Positions 39,132-48,680 of a stretch of 64,000 bases of DNA are shown piece after piece (position 1 is the first letter of the stretch; each line of letters opens with the position of its first letter). A program made the position numbers and the translations under genes. The stretch is from a virus, in IMG/VR virus record IMGVR_UViG_3300010413_002638, positions 1 to 64,000 of that record. One strand, 5' to 3'. Below the pieces are notes generated by a model. That model searched no databases and was not told where the DNA came from. It saw only the letters and a list, made by a program, of their open reading frames with translations.

Positions 39132-39800
39132 CTAGATTTGTATAAATATAGACTCCGGATCTACATGGGCTTCGAAGTCTCTCCACCGGCAGAAAACAAC
39201 TGGTGGTAAATTCAGTTCTACCATCACCTTGTTTTCTTTCTTCTTGGTCCGAGAAACGTTCATTGAGACAGGACCAAGCCAGCAATAAGCATCGAAATGG
39301 AGGTGAGGAAACCACACTTCTGAACATTTTCGACGATCAGTATATTCAGCTTCACTATCCATTGGCCGCAGGATATTCGATTGGAATGTTTGAAACGGAA
39401 CAGCTACCCAATCCCAATTTGGGTGTGGCTTGAAGAACACCATCGGGTATCGTTCAATGTTAGTGCGTTCCGTGAGGATCTTGGCATCATAAGTCGCCTG
39501 GTGCCACCATTCAGTGAACACGGCCTTTTCGGGATTCGTCATGAGGCCATCTAGGCTGAAGTCTTTGCCCTTTTTTGCCTCTATGGCGAAAATAATGTCC
39601 CCGTCAATTGGTATAACATCTGCGACGCCTTCTACTACTTTGACGTCCTCGCCTCGTCCTTCGACACGCCGCCTGCGGAATGGGCGGTTGGACCAATCTG
39701 TCATTAACCTGGCTACGCGACGTTCGTGATTCTTGGCGGTACGAACGTTGGATTTTCCGACTTTGGAGAACTTTTCTTTTTGTTCGTCTGTTAGGTCCAT
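39132..39800 (-). CDS. Holliday junction resolvase-like PD-(D/E)XK nuclease
   Basis: GK...K.HER.VA, ADVI and IEAKK motifs. Confidence 0.7.
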   Translation of the reverse strand: MDLTDEQKEKFSKVGKSNVRTAKNHERRVARLMTDWSNRPFRRRRVEGRGEDVKVVEGVADVIPIDGDIIFAIEAKKGKDFSLDGLMTNPEKAVFTEWWHQATYDAKILTERTNIERYPMVFFKPHPNWDWVAVPFQTFQSNILRPMDSEAEYTDRRKCSEVWFPHLHFDAYCWLGPVSMNVSRTKKKENKVMVELNLPPVVFCRWRDFEAHVDPESIFIQI

Positions 39801-39982
39801 GATTCCAGTAACTCTAGCATGAGTTCGAGAGCATTTATCCGCTCAGAAGGGACGCCTCGCGCGTACAGATGATCGACAAGGCCAGCAGCACGCTCATACA
39901 CCTCTTCTATTCCCATTTCCCTGCCACGCTCATGGGATAGAAGCATAATCCGCTTTATGAGCAAGCTCTCTATATTTACCAT
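39791..39982 (-). CDS. Hypothetical protein
   Basis: Short coupled ORF. Confidence 0.55.
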   Translation of the reverse strand: MVNIESLLIKRIMLLSHERGREMGIEEVYERAAGLVDHLYARGVPSERINALELMLELLESWT

Positions 39983-39993
39983 ACGGCCAAATA

Positions 39994-40272
39994 CTATGCG
40001 AACCCACCGGCAGCTGTTCGCAGGTAAGTCACAATTGTATTTTGATCCATATAGTGGACGACATAATCGTCCGCTGATTCCAGCTCGAGATAAGTCTTGA
40101 CGGTGGGACTGCCGGATGTGTTGGCGATAGCGGAATCTTCGATTACACGGTGTTCGTGTGATCCAGAGAGTTGAGAAGCTATGTTGCCAGAGATATTATC
40201 CTTGGATACCACATTTCCGACGGCATCAACTTTCAGGAAACCGACTCTAGCAACATGGATATTAATCGCCAT
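39994..40272 (-). CDS. Hypothetical protein (possible virion protein)
   Basis: AGGAG SD and CAAAAATA motif upstream. Confidence 0.7.
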   Translation of the reverse strand: MAINIHVARVGFLKVDAVGNVVSKDNISGNIASQLSGSHEHRVIEDSAIANTSGSPTVKTYLELESADDYVVHYMDQNTIVTYLRTAAGGFA

Positions 40273-40298
40273 TGGAATTCTCCTGGATTATTTTTGAT

Positions 40299-41135
40299 CT
40301 ACTCCAAGTTCATAAATGGAATAGTCAAATCAGTATATTCACTCTGGAAGCCAACTACCTTATATTTATTGATCAGACGATCAACTTCGCCTTTTACGTA
40401 ATTGACTTTCCTAGACATCACTTTTTGAATATAAATCCTATTGGCCAATAGCCTCGGACATAGCGACAAATCAATTAATAACATATTCCTCTGAAATAGC
40501 CGCCGCCCATGCGTTTCTATGAATTCTTGGAGGCCGCCGTTTTCTAAAATGGCGGTACTCTTAACCGGCCCGATACCATAATACCCATCAATAGAATCCG
40601 CTTTGTCTCCGACCAATGCTTTTTGCATGATCGGATTGTTGACGGGGACGGCCATTTCTTCTTGCTTTTTGGGGTCATAGACCTTCGAGCTAGAAAACCA
40701 AAATGGTATCTGCACCATATCCGAGTCTGTGGAGATTATCACGGATTGATGTGGGTGGCGAACCAAAGTCGCAGCATAGATGAGGTCGTCGGCCTCCATT
40801 TGTTTGCGGCTATACTGCCGCACGCCCATCACTTTGAAGAATGCTTTGGCCACCTGTGTCGTTCTGGCGAGATCTTCCGAAATATCTTCGACGTATGTGC
40901 TAGTAGATCTGTCTTTGTACGTCTCAAGCACCATTCGTCGCCAAACAGTGTGACGAGGGGCGTCCCAGAAAATATGCACAGACTCTGGGCGATATTTGTT
41001 CATCCAGGAAGTGAGCTGTCGTAAGAATATCACGAAGTAATGATATTTTATGGTATGACGGCGATCAGCTTTGACAGCGTAAATCGCCCGATACAGCGCG
41101 TTCCGGGCATCTATGAATAGGGCTGGCTTTGTCAT
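40299..41135 (-). CDS. 5'-3' exonuclease / flap endonuclease (T4 RNase H-like)
   Basis: FIDARN, FWD, YK, EADDLI, STDSD and GDKADSIDG.YGIG motifs. Confidence 0.9.
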   Translation of the reverse strand: MTKPALFIDARNALYRAIYAVKADRRHTIKYHYFVIFLRQLTSWMNKYRPESVHIFWDAPRHTVWRRMVLETYKDRSTSTYVEDISEDLARTTQVAKAFFKVMGVRQYSRKQMEADDLIYAATLVRHPHQSVIISTDSDMVQIPFWFSSSKVYDPKKQEEMAVPVNNPIMQKALVGDKADSIDGYYGIGPVKSTAILENGGLQEFIETHGRRLFQRNMLLIDLSLCPRLLANRIYIQKVMSRKVNYVKGEVDRLINKYKVVGFQSEYTDLTIPFMNLE

Positions 41136-41148
41136 AGCGTTAAGATAA

Positions 41149-41182
41149 TTGGCGGGGAAGGGGCACGTCCCTTCCCCGCCAA
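41149..41182 (-). terminator. Strong hairpin / terminator downstream of the SSB gene
   Basis: TTGGCGGGGAAGGG...CCCTTCCCCGCCAA, a 14-bp stem. Confidence 0.7.
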
Positions 41183-41203
41183 CTTGTTGCGCAGAAGACT
41201 GCG

Positions 41204-42391
41204 CTAGTCATCGTCATCTTCCAGTTGGTTCAACAATGCATCAATTTCAGACGATCCAACGTCATCATCATCGTCAGCATCGTCAGCATCGTCATCGTCA
41301 GCATCATCACTGTCAGACTCGTCATCTTCTGGACTATCGAAGTCTTCATCATCAGTCACTGGCTTCTGATCTGGAAGATCATCGTCGTCATCGACGATAG
41401 CATCGTCGTCATCGTCAACGACTTCATCGTCTTTAGGCTTATCCTTCTTGGGCTTATCCTTCTTAGCCTTGTCCTTGGCCTTCTCTTCCTTATCCTTCTT
41501 GACCTTATCCTTGGCTTTATCCTTGGATTTACCCTTGTCCTTTTTGGCTTCCTTTTCGTCGTCATCGCCTACGGTTTCATCGTCATCGAATCCACCGTCG
41601 TCATCGTCGTCATCGTCTCCGTCACTCATGATCCGGAAGGCCCGCTGAATCTTCTCTTCAGTAGGAACTTCGATCTTATCCCACAAATTGTGGCGAAGCG
41701 TCAGCAACTTGGCGATATTCTTCTCGTTCGGTTCACCCTTCTTGCCGATCATCGGAATCGGGATACCATCCGTGGTAATGAACTTGCTGGTCTTGTAGCT
41801 ATTATTCTTTCCTTGCTTCAAGGATTCCAGCTGGAACAAAAAGGCAGCATTTTCGTCGAAGAAGACACCGTGAGCCTGTGGCTCGTCCTCGTCGCCCTTG
41901 TCGTCCCGCAGCAACGCAGCTGTCCAGATATCGAAACAGGTCTTCGGGGCATTGTAGAACTTCACCCGCCCGCGAAGATCTTCCGGGTTGCCTTCCCACT
42001 TGGTAAAGTAAACGTTCACCATATAGTAAGTGGTTGGCATCCATTGCTTCACGATAGCCCGACGTGTTTCCTCGTCGGTCTCATCTTTAAGCAAATCGAA
42101 TCCTTCCGTACAGATGGGGCAATCACTGTTGTCCCACACCCGTGGACAGGGCGTCGGCTTGTTGTGAATCCAATGGTCGGCGTGTGCAATAAAGAATTGA
42201 TCCATTGTATTTTCAACGGTACCACTCTTCAGCACATCGCCTTTCATTAACGGCGGGAGGACAAAGAACCGATATTTGAGCGGTTCTGTGGCCGATTTGG
42301 CGTTGTCCGGACGAAACTGGTCGGGATCGTTGAATTTCCCGCCCATCGACTGCTTCAATCTCTTTCTGATGGCTTCAACATCGTATGGCAT
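41204..42391 (-). CDS. Single-stranded DNA-binding protein (T4 gp32-like) with a long K/D tail
   Basis: RFFVLP, H...CP....CPIC Zn site, YYMVNVY, YKTSKF, and an acidic C-terminus. Confidence 0.75.
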   Translation of the reverse strand: MPYDVEAIRKRLKQSMGGKFNDPDQFRPDNAKSATEPLKYRFFVLPPLMKGDVLKSGTVENTMDQFFIAHADHWIHNKPTPCPRVWDNSDCPICTEGFDLLKDETDEETRRAIVKQWMPTTYYMVNVYFTKWEGNPEDLRGRVKFYNAPKTCFDIWTAALLRDDKGDEDEPQAHGVFFDENAAFLFQLESLKQGKNNSYKTSKFITTDGIPIPMIGKKGEPNEKNIAKLLTLRHNLWDKIEVPTEEKIQRAFRIMSDGDDDDDDDGGFDDDETVGDDDEKEAKKDKGKSKDKAKDKVKKDKEEKAKDKAKKDKPKKDKPKDDEVVDDDDDAIVDDDDDLPDQKPVTDDEDFDSPEDDESDSDDADDDDADDADDDDDVGSSEIDALLNQLEDDDD

Positions 42392-42420
42392 ACTTTCAAC
42401 TCCTGAAACAAAATCAACAA

Positions 42421-42951
42421 TCAACTCTTATCCTGCTCTTGCCGCTTGAAACCAGCCAAAGAGCGAGATAACTCAGCTTTCATCTTAAGCGCCTCCAGCA
42501 TGTGGAAGAGCTTACCAGCTTTCATCTGAAATTCTTGCAGCTTTCTGTCAGCTTTCACCAGTGCTTCATCAGCTTCAATCAAATGTTTTACTTGTTCAGC
42601 GGTAAATCTCACCTTGTTATCGCGGGCTGATTCTTGAACAGCCCTGATAGCTTCTGCTCTACGTACCTTCACAGCACGCTCAGCGACAGCTACCATATTT
42701 CGGCACTCCGAGTAAGCAGCGGACCAAAAAGCGTATTGCGACGGCAAGTCCTGGATTTGTTCCTCTAGCAGGTCATAATCCAAGTCCAAATCCGGCAAAA
42801 TATCGACCTCGATAGTGCGATTCTTCTTCGTTTCCGGGTTGACCGCGTTCAGTTTCACCTTGAAGCGGAACAACGTCGATTCCACTAGCTCCTTAGGGAT
42901 ATTGTCGGATATCCACTTTGGAAGAACAGTATTGTCAGGAATCTTCGTCAT
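42421..42951 (-). CDS. Possible recombination mediator (UvsY-like)
   Basis: Helical protein with LEEQ...PSQYAFW, adjacent to the SSB gene. Confidence 0.45.
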   Translation of the reverse strand: MTKIPDNTVLPKWISDNIPKELVESTLFRFKVKLNAVNPETKKNRTIEVDILPDLDLDYDLLEEQIQDLPSQYAFWSAAYSECRNMVAVAERAVKVRRAEAIRAVQESARDNKVRFTAEQVKHLIEADEALVKADRKLQEFQMKAGKLFHMLEALKMKAELSRSLAGFKRQEQDKS

Positions 42952-43216
42952 GCGGCTTCCACTTGTCTATCTGAAACCCTTGGTTCTCGTCTAATACACG
43001 TTCATTTCGTGGCTGTTGCATGGCATTATCAGGCGGCTGCAACGCTTGCCATGCGGACCTACTAAACGTAGTCTCCGACTGTTGTTGAACCCTAGCTATC
43101 TTAGCCTCAACTTGCACTTTTTGGGCATGTTTGAATTGAGATTCCTTGGCACGCCGCTCTTTCTTACGAGCGCGTTTACGACGCCTCTCAATTTTTTTCG
43201 GTGAATTTTTCGACAT
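42935..43216 (-). CDS. Basic hypothetical protein
   Basis: K/R-rich N-terminus. Coupled ORF. Confidence 0.55.
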   Translation of the reverse strand: MSKNSPKKIERRRKRARKKERRAKESQFKHAQKVQVEAKIARVQQQSETTFSRSAWQALQPPDNAMQQPRNERVLDENQGFQIDKWKPHDEDS

Positions 43217-43217
43217 A

Positions 43218-44411
43218 CTATCTATATATACGATACAATTTCCACTTCTTCCACTTCTTACCGATGCTTACCTTCACCGGGAAAGTCGGATTATCATCCA
43301 ATATTCCCTCAAATGGACGCAACATAATATTGGCAACTTGTTCGATAACCCAATTCATATGTTTCGTATTGGGAGCACAAGAAACAACCAAAGAGTCGTG
43401 AATTTCTGCGACTATTCGCGGACCAAGTTTCTCCCAAATCCGTCTAATTACTAGTTGCATAGCATGGGCAACCGAGCCCTGCATGGCACCGTTCAAGGCA
43501 GCAAGCTCGTTCTTAGCCTGACTACTTCGGAATTTTCTACCCAAAATAGTTTCCACATAGCCGTCATCTGCCTTCAGGGCACGCTTGCAATTACGTATCC
43601 ATTGTCCTAGTCTCGGATAGATCGTAGCCAATGGTATACTGCCAAAGTCCATCGAGTTAATAGATTTCAACAAAAATCTTTTGCTTTCCTCACGGGTCAT
43701 TTCACCCACAGCATCGGCATTAATCACATTCATCATATAGGTATATGGATCAGAATCAACGAATGATCTCGTGAGATCTTCATCATTCGACAGCAAAGAT
43801 GCAACTCTAATATCGGCACATATCCAATCAAAATGCAATAAATAATAATTATCGTGACAATTAGTAGGCCATATCATCACCTCATCAGCCAGCCCCTGAA
43901 TATTGAAGCCGGTGGTTTTGCTACGACCCGAGAAAGTACGTTGCGAATAAATAGGATTTACCGGCATATAATTATACATAAGGCCGGTTCGTTCCAAATC
44001 TTCATAGACAATAGCGGCGTTTGCCAAAACTTTCTGATATTGACGCGGAGTTTGCTTGGCCATCTTGTCTAAAATCTTGGCCAATATAGCAGAATCTTTT
44101 TCTAAGTCAACGGTCGGTTCTATAATAGGGAAGTGCAGATCGTAGACATTGTACGGCTTCACATCTAGCGGAATATCGAATGCTTTGACGCTCGTTTTGA
44201 AGTCAGAAGTGACAACCGAAATGCCGCGATTACTAGCAGCTATGATCGTCTTACGAACATCACTAATAGATTGAAAAACATCAGCTAATAATCGGCCAGC
44301 ACCAGGCCGATAGTGCTCACGTATGATAGTCTCGTTGCCGATTTTTATACCGGTACAGCGGGGCTTGCCGGTGTGCTTATCATAGAGAGTGTAAACATAG
44401 ATAGCTCGCAT
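43218..44411 (-). CDS. Minimal family A DNA polymerase domain
   Basis: SGR...FNIQ, motif A FDWICADIR, motif B REESK, YVETILGR, QGSVAH and motif C EIHDSLV. Confidence 0.75.
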   Translation of the reverse strand: MRAIYVYTLYDKHTGKPRCTGIKIGNETIIREHYRPGAGRLLADVFQSISDVRKTIIAASNRGISVVTSDFKTSVKAFDIPLDVKPYNVYDLHFPIIEPTVDLEKDSAILAKILDKMAKQTPRQYQKVLANAAIVYEDLERTGLMYNYMPVNPIYSQRTFSGRSKTTGFNIQGLADEVMIWPTNCHDNYYLLHFDWICADIRVASLLSNDEDLTRSFVDSDPYTYMMNVINADAVGEMTREESKRFLLKSINSMDFGSIPLATIYPRLGQWIRNCKRALKADDGYVETILGRKFRSSQAKNELAALNGAMQGSVAHAMQLVIRRIWEKLGPRIVAEIHDSLVVSCAPNTKHMNWVIEQVANIMLRPFEGILDDNPTFPVKVSIGKKWKKWKLYRIYR

Positions 44412-44463
44412 ACGTCATGCCTCGACTGACCAAATACAAACAGGCATGACAGCGGCAAAAATC

Positions 44464-44919
44464 TCATTCTTTGGTCGGCTTGGTGGCCTTCTCGACAGCC
44501 TTTTCCATCGACTTGTCGTTCTGCACAAAATGTGTTGGCTTCGACGACCCACCATGCGTACCAGCTCTCTGCAATTTTTGCTTCATGTCGTCCACTTCAC
44601 CAGGTACTCGATATTGAGCGTATGGATCGTTATTGGTGAGTGTATGCAAATGCATATCGCGACGAGCACCATCCTTATCTAGCCAGCCATAACCGCGAAT
44701 ATAGCTGCGAACTTCTGTGCCATAAACGCTAATCTCGCAATTGGTGCCACCGCAGCGAGGACACTTTTTGGCTTCCGCCAATTCTTCCTCGGTGGGCTCC
44801 ATAGCGTGAGACGTTTCGAAGAGAACGTGCTCCTCGAACTCTTCTTGCGTTATTTGTTCGCCAAATTTCTTGGCCGCTTTTTCTTCGCAATCCTTGCAGA
44901 GATAATTATACCTCGGCAT
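44464..44919 (-). CDS. FmdB-like zinc-ribbon protein
   Basis: MPRYNYLCKDC...CPRCGG motif. Confidence 0.7.
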   Translation of the reverse strand: MPRYNYLCKDCEEKAAKKFGEQITQEEFEEHVLFETSHAMEPTEEELAEAKKCPRCGGTNCEISVYGTEVRSYIRGYGWLDKDGARRDMHLHTLTNNDPYAQYRVPGEVDDMKQKLQRAGTHGGSSKPTHFVQNDKSMEKAVEKATKPTKE

Positions 44920-45343
44920 ATAGTTCCCACTCGACTTTACTTGGCAGTTTACAGATAATGTTCCGTTCGGACACAATAACTACCTTGTTCCCAGCATATG
45001 GTGGCGCATCGGGTTCCATGGCCATCACCACGTTCTTCTCCCCGAAAACCACCATATCGCCAATCTCCACGCACGGCTTTAGGCGACCACCTGCACCATC
45101 CGCGACACCAGGGCCAACACCGACCACCACGCCCTCATTCCGGTACTTGGCCGCATCCGGCATGGCAATACTACTCTCATTTTTGGCCTGCAAAATGGCG
45201 ACGAAATCATTCAGGCATTGTACTTCACGAATCTGCAGCGGCCCGACCGCTGTATCTGTGTCTTCCAAGAGGACGGAAGGAGCCCGCATTTCGGCAGGTT
45301 GGCTTTCTTCTTTGGACAATTTTTCGCTCTTCGGGATAGCCAT
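44906..45343 (-). CDS. groES: Co-chaperonin GroES-like protein
   Basis: LND.VAI, IAMPDAAK, GVVVGVGPG, VEIGDMVVF and VSERNII motifs. Confidence 0.8.
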   Translation of the reverse strand: MAIPKSEKLSKEESQPAEMRAPSVLLEDTDTAVGPLQIREVQCLNDFVAILQAKNESSIAMPDAAKYRNEGVVVGVGPGVADGAGGRLKPCVEIGDMVVFGEKNVVMAMEPDAPPYAGNKVVIVSERNIICKLPSKVEWELYAEV

Positions 45344-45394
45344 AGTAATTCCCTATTATTAGGTGATTGGGGCAAACACGTATGATTATGTACG

Positions 45395-45604
45395 TCAGAT
45401 CTTGCAAGTAGCCAGCATATCGTCTAATGTGGCAGCTGGCTCTTTCAGAAAGACCACTTTCGTCTTGCGTTTGGGGATAGTTGGAGTGTTGGGGACTTGT
45501 ACTTTCATTGCCGAGCCGTCGGGTTGCACCGCAAATCCAGTCCGCCGCATTGTCTCAGCAATAGTATCAGCCACATCGACTTCAATGACAACGCGAAGTT
45601 TCAT
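45395..45604 (-). CDS. Hypothetical protein
   Basis: Coupled to the helicase stop. Confidence 0.6.
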   Translation of the reverse strand: MKLRVVIEVDVADTIAETMRRTGFAVQPDGSAMKVQVPNTPTIPKRKTKVVFLKEPAATLDDMLATCKI

Positions 45605-46938
45605 ATGTCCTCCCGCACCACCATGGTATTGTAATTTATGACACAGTCGATCCGCTCAGCACGCGGACCGTTCCTGTTTTTGGCTATGTACATCGTAATG
45701 CGAGGAGGTTCCGCACGACGTTGGGTTCTGTTCTGATTAAGACTAACCACATAATCCAAAGCAAACTGCTTCCCAAAGCTCTCCGCCGCCTTGTTGAGGT
45801 CGGCCACTTCTTCGCCGGAAGCCCCACTCCTATTCGTCTGCGTAGCCGTGAAAACAAGAACATTTTCATTTTTTGCTAAACCACGCAGCTCGTTAGCAAC
45901 ATGTTTTTGGCGCGTGTAATCGTCCTTGTTATAGCCCTGGTTTCGACTAACCATCAAATCCATGTAATCAAGAATGACAACATCTGGACGAAAAGATTTG
46001 GTCCTTCGCAAGTTGTCTAACAAAGCATACACATGAGCGACACTACACTCATCAGGAGCCCATTCGAAAATAGCAAACCGCTTGTTGTAAGTCTGCTTCA
46101 TCTTACTAACAATGCGGCGGATAAAATCCTGATGCTCCATAATGGCATTTATGGGTGTATCCGTAGCCGCTCCCAAGCACCGCATAGCAGTCTTCAGCGT
46201 ATCCAACTCAAAAGTGATTAACAACACATTTTGGCCGGGAGTACCATCTGGTCCGATACCAGTCAAAGAAGAGATTGCATTGTTGCACAACAGGATCGAC
46301 TTGCCAACATTAGTCCCCGCCAACCAACATACCACCTCCTTAGGCGATGGGCCACCATTGTTCAACATGCGGTCTAATCGCGGGAAACCGGTAGTGCGAT
46401 GCTCAATTACGTCCGGTTCAAACAAAGCCTCAAAATTCTCAAAGAACCAGAAGCCCTGCTGGCCAACATCAGCGATACGATTGGCCTGTTTGATGATTTC
46501 TTCGAGTTGATCATAGTCGCCACGTGCGTAAGCTTCTTGGGCTTCATCGCTGTAAAGTAATCCATAGGCTCTATCGCGTGCCCACCGCAATAATGTATCC
46601 TTGATAAGCGGTACGTCGCGTGGGTCGGAATTGCGATCGACTACAGTTATGACGTTTTCATAAGGATCGTCCTCGGTAAAAGATCGCAATAATCGATCGC
46701 GGAGCATAGGCCGCGTCGGAACGACGCCGTATTTCTCATAAGAGTTGAGAATCTCCGCCATTACCCATTGGCATTCCATTCTCGCAAACATGGATGGCTG
46801 CAAGAATCTGCCAACACTAGTGAAGAATTCTGGATGATCGAAAGCTAGAGAAACAATCGATTCTTCTTCGTAAGGGGCGAATGGTTGGTTAGACTCAACA
46901 TCCGTCTCAGAGAGCCTGCTAAGCGTATCTGTTATCAT
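45601..46938 (-). CDS. Replicative DNA helicase (DnaB / T4 gp41-like)
   Basis: TTGF..LD, Walker A AGTNVGKS, ILDYMDL, TATQTNR and KNRNG motifs. Confidence 0.9.
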   Translation of the reverse strand: MITDTLSRLSETDVESNQPFAPYEEESIVSLAFDHPEFFTSVGRFLQPSMFARMECQWVMAEILNSYEKYGVVPTRPMLRDRLLRSFTEDDPYENVITVVDRNSDPRDVPLIKDTLLRWARDRAYGLLYSDEAQEAYARGDYDQLEEIIKQANRIADVGQQGFWFFENFEALFEPDVIEHRTTGFPRLDRMLNNGGPSPKEVVCWLAGTNVGKSILLCNNAISSLTGIGPDGTPGQNVLLITFELDTLKTAMRCLGAATDTPINAIMEHQDFIRRIVSKMKQTYNKRFAIFEWAPDECSVAHVYALLDNLRRTKSFRPDVVILDYMDLMVSRNQGYNKDDYTRQKHVANELRGLAKNENVLVFTATQTNRSGASGEEVADLNKAAESFGKQFALDYVVSLNQNRTQRRAEPPRITMYIAKNRNGPRAERIDCVINYNTMVVREDI

Positions 46939-47276
46939 TATTCAGTAGTATCCGGGCACAGACCCGTTCGTTGTAGTTGTATTCTTTCCAGTGCACGTTG
47001 GGCATTTGCTTCCGCTAGAGCCAAAGCATCACAATGTGTGATAAGCTCGCTTTCGGTGTAATACAGCGTCTTAGCATGTACGGCAGTAATCCGATCTCCG
47101 TAATAAGCCACCGCTGTTGGTTGAGCGCGACCGGCCCTGACGGTGTACAGCCATTGTCCCTGGCTCGAGCCCCACATCGCACCGCTTATAATGACCGCCT
47201 CTAGATGCCCAATGGCGGCTGATTCGCGCAAATAAACGGGATCGCCAATATCGTATTTAGGGGCATCCATTATCAT
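46938..47276 (-). CDS. Hypothetical protein
   Basis: Coupled ORF. Confidence 0.65.
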   Translation of the reverse strand: MIMDAPKYDIGDPVYLRESAAIGHLEAVIISGAMWGSSQGQWLYTVRAGRAQPTAVAYYGDRITAVHAKTLYYTESELITHCDALALAEANAQRALERIQLQRTGLCPDTTE

Positions 47277-48391
47277 TCCTCTTCCAACTCATCCAATATA
47301 TCGTCAACACTACGAGAGGCGTCCCCTTCGTCATCCTTCTGACAATGGAACACCATACTGTAGGTTTGTTGTTCGATTTGCTTATATAGTTCTTCATTCT
47401 CCCTCAGAGCAGCGGAAGCGTTGGCTTCGCCATTCCCTAACACCTTACCGTCAAACCGATAGAAGCTTCCCTTCTTTTTTACTATATTGAGTTCCTCCGC
47501 TACGCTCAGTAGAGAAGCTACTTCGTCGATGCCAAAGACAGGCATAGCTGGTTTGCCAAAACAGATATTATAGGTCCCGGTGGCGAAAGGGGCAGCAGCT
47601 TTGTTTTTAACCATCTTGATGCGAGTGGTAATCCCCACTGGCTCATCGCTGCTTTTGATAATGGATGCTCGCGAGACTTCGGCCCGCACGGTAGCATAAT
47701 ATTTGAGGGCTCGCCCGCCAGGCGTGGTTTCTGGATTACCGAAAACCACGCCCACTTTCTCGCGGATCTGGTTGATGAAAATGACGGTGGCCCGAGCATT
47801 AGAAGCCACACCCTTCAACTTCCGCAGGCCCTGACTCATCATGCGAGCCTGGGCTCCGATGTGGGAATCACCTATCTCACCCTCTAGTTCTGCCCTCGGC
47901 ACCAGAGCGGCTACCGAGTCTACCACTACCAGATCTATCCCGCCAGATTTGAGTAAGTCCTCAACGATATTTAATGCTTCTTCACCACAATCTGGTTGGG
48001 AAATGAAGAGCTTCTCCATATCCACGCCGTTTTTACTCGCCCATTCTGGATCAAGGGCGTGTTCAGCGTCGATGAAGGCGGCTGTGCCATGTCTGTCTTT
48101 TTTCTTGAAGAAATGCCGTTGGCAGGCAGCGATAAATCGCAGAGTGGTAGTCGTCTTACCGGAGCTTTCGGTACCATATAATTCCATTATTCGTCCCAGC
48201 GGTACTCCGCCGCAACCAAAAGCCTTATCGATAGTGATTATACCAGTCGGAAACGAGTCAATGTCTACGATAGCATGGCGGCCTCTGATGATGGACCCGG
48301 CACCGTAGCGTTTATTCAGATATTCCATTAGTTTCTCGGGATCGTTCGTTGGCACCTCTTTGTCTGTCTTTTTGTCCGTTTTCTTTGCCAC
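47273..48391 (-). CDS. recA: Recombinase RecA
   Basis: GTESSGKTT, FIDAEHALD, DSVAALVP, QARMMSQ, FINQIR and ETTPGGRALK motifs. GTG start after a GGGAGG SD. Confidence 0.97.
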   Translation of the reverse strand: MAKKTDKKTDKEVPTNDPEKLMEYLNKRYGAGSIIRGRHAIVDIDSFPTGIITIDKAFGCGGVPLGRIMELYGTESSGKTTTTLRFIAACQRHFFKKKDRHGTAAFIDAEHALDPEWASKNGVDMEKLFISQPDCGEEALNIVEDLLKSGGIDLVVVDSVAALVPRAELEGEIGDSHIGAQARMMSQGLRKLKGVASNARATVIFINQIREKVGVVFGNPETTPGGRALKYYATVRAEVSRASIIKSSDEPVGITTRIKMVKNKAAAPFATGTYNICFGKPAMPVFGIDEVASLLSVAEELNIVKKKGSFYRFDGKVLGNGEANASAALRENEELYKQIEQQTYSMVFHCQKDDEGDASRSVDDILDELEEE

Positions 48392-48650
48392 GCGATAACC
48401 TCCCAAGTCTACTCGTCAGGCGTGATATATCATAACCAGCTATTTTTAACACGTCTGAGACTGGCACTTTGATAACAACATTACTGCGCACCAACAACAG
48501 GTCTTCCTTGACTATCGCTGCCACCGACCAAAAGCCTTTCGGATCTATTTCCGCACCAGGTGGAGCTGATAAATAATCTATATTTTTGGTAGATAATAAT
48601 CGAACCTGGTCGAACCTGGATATCTTGATTTGGTCGTCCATTTCGCTCAA
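48312..48650 (-). CDS. Hypothetical protein
   Basis: ORF upstream of recA, overlapping it. Confidence 0.6.
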   Translation of the reverse strand: MSEMDDQIKISRFDQVRLLSTKNIDYLSAPPGAEIDPKGFWSVAAIVKEDLLLVRSNVVIKVPVSDVLKIAGYDISRLTSRLGRLSRGKENGQKDRQRGANERSRETNGISE

Positions 48651-48680
48651 AATTAAATTTAGAATAATTGGAGGAATACC

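Noticed and set aside
41225-42250. 341-aa hydrophobic + strand ORF that looks like a membrane protein
   Set aside because: It is the antisense shadow of the D/K-rich SSB gene.
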